Shown here piece after piece: positions 58,466-64,000 of a DNA stretch of 64,000 nucleotides (positions are counted from its first letter, which is position 1; every line of letters starts with the position of its first letter). Under the pieces are notes generated by a model. The model saw nothing but the letters and a program-made list of their open reading frames with translations. It was not told the DNA's origin and did not search any database. Source of the stretch: Utricularia gibba (taxonomy: Eukaryota > Plantae > Magnoliophyta); NCBI GenBank assembly GCA_002189035.1, contig CM007990.1:124001-188000 (forward strand). The letters are read 5' to 3'. Made by a program: the position numbers and the translations under genes.

Positions 58466-60586
58466 CTAACAAGCGGCGGCCGAAGGAAAACGAGGAATCA
58501 ACTTCAGAACTTCCTCGCAGCACGGAACTTTGGAAAGTAGGTTGACAACCAAACCAATCGTGCACTTATCAGGCCTGAGATTTCTTTCAGCCATCTTCTG
58601 CAGAAGCTCGGCGACCTTGGGAACATCTTCGTTGGAAGTAAATCCCCGGAGAAGTACATTGAATGTATCTACATTCGGGAAGCAATCACTCTTCTCCATC
58701 TCAACAAACAAAGCATAAGCGCGCTTCAGCCGCCGGCCTTTGCATAGGCTTTGAAACATCATATGGTATGTGCCGGCAGACGGAGCAAGGCCAATACTGG
58801 GTATCCTGTCAAACAACTCGTAGGCTAGCTTGGCTTTTCTTGCTTTGAACAAGCCGCCGAGGAGGTAATTGACGTGCGTGATATTCAACTCGAAACCAGT
58901 TTTTTCAAGAGTTTGGAACATGTCTAATGCATCTTCAATGCACCCGTTCTTGCAAAAACCATCCATCAATATGCCGTATGTAGCAGCAGTAGGCATGACA
59001 TCCAGGCTCTTCATTTCCTCGAAAAGCCGGCGTGCCTCTTCAATTCTGCCATCGTCAGTGTATCCTTTTAACAACGTGGTGTAGATAACAGTATTGGGCT
59101 TTAAACCCCTTGTTGTCATCAAGTCCAACAAACGTCTTGCTTCATCATTTCTACCATTCTCGCAGAGGAAAGCCATCAGAACGGACAGGGTGAATTGATT
59201 AAAGAAGCAACCTACCTTTTCCATCTCAACAAGCAAATCATAAGCACGATCCAACTCCCCGGCCTTGCAAAGGCCACGGAGCATGATGTTATACATCATG
59301 GCATCTGGGATCAGACCCATTTTACGAACCTTCTCGAAAAACTCACAAGCTAATTCATCTTTTCTTGCCTTGAATAACCCATCAAGAAGGCAACTATAAT
59401 GCTCGATATCTAACTCAAAATGTGATCTTTCAAGAGTCTTGAACAAGTGGAGTGCATCTTCGTGGCATCCATTCTTGCATAAGCCATCTATCATTATGGC
59501 ATAAGTAACAGCATCAGCCGGCACACTATTGCCCTTCATTTCTCGAAACAGTTTAAGTGCCTCTTCCGCTCTTCCATTTTTAAAGTATCCGTTCAACAGA
59601 GTGTTAAAAGTATGAGGAGAGGGATGGAAACCGGTTTCACGCATTAGGTCCAGCATGCCCCTTGCTTCATCAGTTTTCCCGTACCTGCACATGCTATTCA
59701 TCAGAATATTAAACGATACGGTACAAGGTTGAATGCCTCGATCCAATGCCCGATTGAAAACAGCTTTTGCTTGCTCCCAGTCACCCTTACGACAGAAACC
59801 ATGGATCAGCACATTGTATGCCCTTATATTTGGTGAAATCCCTCTGGTCTCCATCTCATGAAACAATTCCTCGGCCTTATTCATCAAACCCTGCTTACAA
59901 ACACCATGAATAAGAGCACTATAATAAACCAAAGTAGGACTACAACTGGGAGCCAAGCTTCCATTCAAAAATTTATCATGAATACTGAGAGCATCTCTCA
60001 CTTTTCCAGCCATACACAACCCTCTAGTCAAAATCCCGCAGGTAAGTGTATTTGCAGACATCATTCCCATATGAATGCTTTTGTTAAGCAACAAAACCGC
60101 ATCTTCATACTTACCTTCCAGAAACAGCCCCTTAGCAAGAGGGTGAAAAGTACAACAATCAGGATGATAACCCCTGCTCAAAATCCCACCCAGAACGGCA
60201 AAAGCAAGATCAGAGCTTTTCAAATCACAATAGCAATTGAGCAAAATGTTCATCTCAGTGAGATTAGGGGAATGACCAGCATCTACCATTCCATCGAAGA
60301 TAGAAAATAACTCCGGGTACTTCTTTTCCTTAGCATATCTTACAAGCCGCTTGTCGAAAAATGTAAAAGTAGATGGTTGCCTACGACGCACCCCATCTAC
60401 TCGGCCGCGTTTTTTCCGATTCTTAACCTTTTTGACTCGAACCCCCAGTGGGTTCTCGGACAGGACACTCGCAGTGGAAGGAGTATCGCTCCCATTTCCA
60501 GGAATTATAAAAAGGGATGAAAGTTTAACCCTCTCCCCAGCCTTGGCCACGGATGCTTCCCGGAGAGCAATTGTTCTGAAAAACAT
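58466..60586 (-). CDS. P-class PPR protein, RFL-like, about 16-17 motifs, intronless (PPR-2)
   Basis: 706-aa ORF with the same architecture and N-terminal extension as PPR-1. Confidence 0.95.
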   Translation of the reverse strand: MFFRTIALREASVAKAGERVKLSSLFIIPGNGSDTPSTASVLSENPLGVRVKKVKNRKKRGRVDGVRRRQPSTFTFFDKRLVRYAKEKKYPELFSIFDGMVDAGHSPNLTEMNILLNCYCDLKSSDLAFAVLGGILSRGYHPDCCTFHPLAKGLFLEGKYEDAVLLLNKSIHMGMMSANTLTCGILTRGLCMAGKVRDALSIHDKFLNGSLAPSCSPTLVYYSALIHGVCKQGLMNKAEELFHEMETRGISPNIRAYNVLIHGFCRKGDWEQAKAVFNRALDRGIQPCTVSFNILMNSMCRYGKTDEARGMLDLMRETGFHPSPHTFNTLLNGYFKNGRAEEALKLFREMKGNSVPADAVTYAIMIDGLCKNGCHEDALHLFKTLERSHFELDIEHYSCLLDGLFKARKDELACEFFEKVRKMGLIPDAMMYNIMLRGLCKAGELDRAYDLLVEMEKVGCFFNQFTLSVLMAFLCENGRNDEARRLLDLMTTRGLKPNTVIYTTLLKGYTDDGRIEEARRLFEEMKSLDVMPTAATYGILMDGFCKNGCIEDALDMFQTLEKTGFELNITHVNYLLGGLFKARKAKLAYELFDRIPSIGLAPSAGTYHMMFQSLCKGRRLKRAYALFVEMEKSDCFPNVDTFNVLLRGFTSNEDVPKVAELLQKMAERNLRPDKCTIGLVVNLLSKVPCCEEVLKLIPRFPSAAAC

Positions 60587-60759
60587 GCTGAAAAACTTCC
60601 GGAAAAAAGTGCAATTCCATAATACTCAAAGCCGCTCCAGCCAAAAGCATCCGTACGATCCTTTCGCTTCGCTCGCGAGGGGCGAGCCACCTCTAAGTCT
60701 ACTCTTCTCCGCCCCGCCTCATTCAAGAAAGAGGGGGGAAGGGGGGGCGGGTGTCGTAA

Positions 60760-60865
60760 TATGGGCCTGAAGTCCCACCCACAATTAAACGTGGGCCTGA
60801 TTCACTGCAACCATTTTTAATAGAAATTGGGCCTGAAACACTGTCAGCAACTAAAGTGGGCCACG
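60760..60865. promoter_or_regulatory. Site II (TGGGCC) cluster upstream of PPR-2
   Basis: Four TGGGCC motifs, three of them in a gggcctga context. A similar cluster (58300-58360) precedes the pseudogene. Confidence 0.6.
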
Positions 60866-61660
60866 TGTGATTATAAATATTAGCAAAATTTGAGGATAAA
60901 ATCAATATAAACAATTTTTAAAAATAAACGAAAAGCAGCCGACGGTCCCCGATAACGTTTAGTGTGCTACAATAATTGGAGCAACCCAATGCTAAACGCC
61001 GTCGTTCCACATCTCTTTGAATTATTAAAGTCATTTTCGTATAATCGTTTCTGAATAAATTTAAAAATAGAAAAGCAATTACTCGGTGACGATTGATTTA
61101 AGCACTGGGTGGGTGGTGGGCCACACAGCTGCATGTGCCGACATTCAATTCCTCTTTCTCCCCCCGATCCTTACTCTTCAGTTTGCCAAATAATTTATGA
61201 TAAAATTGTGAAATATTTTCTGGTATATTTCTTGGTTTAAAAAATAATATGCTGAATTTTTTTAAATTTTCAAAAAATTTTAAATACATTTTAAAATTAA
61301 GTCATTGTTGTTGTAATAGTGACTTCCCCTCCCAAGGGGTGTGGTTACAGATGTTAATCTTACCATTTAATGCGTTAATCTACACCGTATAAGCCTCCCG
61401 AGTAGAGTGCTGCTCTAGGGACATTTTCGTAAATTCCTTCTAGTGAGGAGAGAAGGTTTGGTTGTATAACATTCACAGTGTACTGATCCGAGAGCACGAG
61501 TACAGTTGCCTTGGCATACGACTATACGTGAAGGGTGTCGGTGTCGGAGTCGGAGTCGGACACGGGAAAGGTGCGCACCACAAAAGGCGGTCTATAATAG
61601 TGGGCGCGGTGCAAAACAGAAACAACGCACTCGCCATCCATTTCCGGTCTTGCCACCGCC

Positions 61661-62375
61661 ATGGGGAGAACGAGAAGGTGTGCAACCACCATAAAGCCTT
61701 CCGGCGTAAGATTCTCCGGCGAGTCTTCTCGGCCCTTTTGATTCTACTCTTTCTCGTACTCCTCGCCATCCTCATCATCTGGGCGGTTCTCCGACCCACC
61801 AAGCCCACCTTCGTCCTCGAGGACGCCACCATCTTCGTCCTCAACGTCACCGCCCCCAACATCATCTCCGTCACGCTCCAGGTCACCGTCGTCTCCCACA
61901 ACCCCAACGATAGAATCGGAGTCTACTACGACAAAATCTCTGTCTTCGCCGCCTACCGCAGCCAGCAAATCACCATCTACACCGTGATTCCTCCCGTCTA
62001 TCAAACGCAAAACGGTTAGAGGACTGACTTCCCTTACTCCGGTGAACTCCAATTCTATTTTGATTCACAAACCCACTGGTTTTCTCAACAGGTTACAACG
62101 TTTGGTCTCCCTTCTTATACGCGAATAACGTGCCGATCGCGCCCTTCAACGGGCTGCAGCTCACTTCGGATCAAAACGCCGGCAGGGTGCCGATGGTGAT
62201 CAATCTGAACACGCGCGTACGGTGGCGCGTGGGGCTCTTCATCTCCGGGAGATATCACTTCCACGTGACGTGCCCCACCACCATCCCAATCGGCAACCCC
62301 GGCGGCTATGGAGTCCTCGTGCAAGGGAACGCCATCAAGTACCATCTCTCACAGAGCTGCAAAGTGGATGTCTGA
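61661..62375 (+). CDS. NDR1/HIN1-like (LEA_2 domain) protein, 2 exons, with an apparent 1-nt frameshift just after the ATG
   Basis: Kozak context gccaccgccATGG, CNHH, a TM segment ending IIWAVLRPTKPTF, SHNPNDRIGVYYD, a 77-nt intron at 62015-62091, then YNVWSPFLY...VPIAPFNG...RVRWRVGLFISGRYH...SCKVDV*. Confidence 0.92.
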
Positions 62376-64000
62376 AACACAAAACTACAGTAACTGCCAA
62401 TTTATTTTACCTTTTTTTTTTTAAAAAAAAATGTTGTCTTCTACACAAAATTACAAACGATGTAACATTCCAGCATATGTGAAATCATATCTGATGGTTA
62501 ATTCCAGATGAATTTCAATTTCCGCTACTAATTCTTCTGAAGAACACTCAAGAGTCCGATTTCTCACACCTTTTGCAGAAAAGGGCAAGATCAGTTCTCC
62601 TCTTCTTCAAGAAGCCAACCCATTTGACTTAACATCGTGCCAACTCCTTTTTCAGTTCCCCTCGTTTCAAAAATTACTTCTTTACACGTGTTTAAAAATT
62701 GGTGAACTCAGAAGTCCCCAAATAGGATTCTTCTTTCCGAAATATAAAATCAGAAAAAGCCGTACCAGTTCAATTCAAAATAGGGTGATGTTTAGCCATC
62801 ACGACGCAATGCCATGTGATCAATCCCAATCAGCTTTTCTTCTCCTTTAAATAACAAAGATTCCCAACATAAAACCATTCTACCCATACAATAACAAGAA
62901 TACGAATCATAAGGATAAGATGCCGAGATGGGTGTGGCGCAGCACGAAGAAGCTCAAGTAGCAAGCAAGCAACCGAGATGGGTGCCGAGGGCCACGTTAG
63001 TAGATGCTGATAATGTAAACGTATAGGCGACATAATGGAATGGGGGCGCATAATTATCCACCCTACGGCGGTAACCCTTAATTAACCTGATCGCATTTTT
63101 TTATCTTCTGGGCGATCTGAGGAACTGGAGCCCTCCCCTCCTGGACTGGAGACACCAGAACGAGCACTGAGCAGTGTGGTTGGTATTTGGGAGAACTTCG
63201 TTTTCGATAAATGTGTGGGGGTCGGTCTATTTGTTGTGTTATCGGGGAGGTTCGGTCGTCCTTTTCAATTGTCCATCGCCTCCAGATCTTCCATGGCTCC
63301 ATATCCTTGAAAGGACAAGGCAATTCCAAACACGTCGAGGAGAGGAGCGCTCATGTCTACACCCTACCCTCCTCCAATTGCTTGCTTTTCCATTCTATGT
63401 TGACTATGGCGATGCAAGATCTACAGCTATGATGGCAAGAAAGTAGCACCTTTTTTTTTTTTTTCTAACATCACGAGAAAACCTAGCTATGGTCCGAAAG
63501 AGAATCTCTCTTATCTGGGGAATTGGCTGACAACTGTGGGCCGGGATGGGCTCACTCGGTCTTGTCCAATTCACGGCACTAGAGATAAGCCCAGTTTGGA
63601 AATGGGCCCGAGTCCAGACGCGCAAAGGGGATTTACTTTTTGGTGTGCATTCCCGATTTTAGCCTCGGAAATGGGTAGGTAGATGAACGAACAGGATGCT
63701 GTTTCCGCATTCATCACCGCTGGCCACTTAACGAGAATTGATTGCGGCATTTGTCCGTTGCATTGTATTTTTCGTTCCGTGAGAACCGCAGGCGTCCCCA
63801 CGTCCGCCGCGACGGCTCAGAGAACGCGCCGTGGGGATCGGAAGACCGTATCGAATTTCAAAAAAAGTATTTTTCCCACGGCGGAGAACGTGAAACAATA
63901 ATGTCCAGCAAAAGAAGGCTGACGAGAGTAGAATGGGAATCGTTAAAAGTAGGAACAAGAATCAACGCCAAACGAAATTGCACCTTTGCGATCGGAACGC

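Noticed and set aside
63535-64000. Gene start at the right edge after a site II cluster
   Set aside because: No sustained ORF or recognisable protein could be assembled within the window.

Overview
This is eukaryotic DNA from a land plant, most likely a eudicot, with a compact layout: most introns are 65-110 nt and several intergenic spacers are under 400 bp. In order, the window holds a GDSL esterase/lipase (-), a repeat-rich intergenic island, two tandem purple acid phosphatases (+), a 16-exon ABC1/UbiB atypical kinase, a glutaredoxin-like protein, RPS14, a NAC factor, an NGAL/RAV B3 repressor (-) and a GIR1-like EAR protein. These are followed by UEV1, two convergent OVATE-family genes, a restorer-of-fertility-like (RFL) P-class PPR, RPA2, a SYP121/122-like syntaxin, a PUB22/23/24-like U-box ligase (-) and BLH1-like (-). 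The right end has an uncharacterised plant protein, a deletion-riddled PPR pseudogene beside a second intact RFL-PPR (-), and an NDR1/HIN1-like gene. No rRNA, tRNA, recognisable miRNA or CRISPR was found. There are three main observations. (1) The second phosphatase paralogue has lost 11 of the 12 lysines of its neighbour but keeps all metal ligands, which suggests a secreted enzyme adapted to an acidic or protease-rich compartment such as carnivorous digestive fluid. (2) Two normally intronless gene families (PUB22-24 and NHL) each carry a short intron flanked by a 5-bp direct repeat, suggesting recent intron gain, and there are also apparent intron losses. (3) The RFL-PPRs are built from a duplicated five-motif module that appears shuffled between paralogues. 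Six otherwise intact genes are broken at G/C homopolymers, most likely by long-read consensus errors. All gene models were derived by hand, and family names come from recalled motifs, not database searches.
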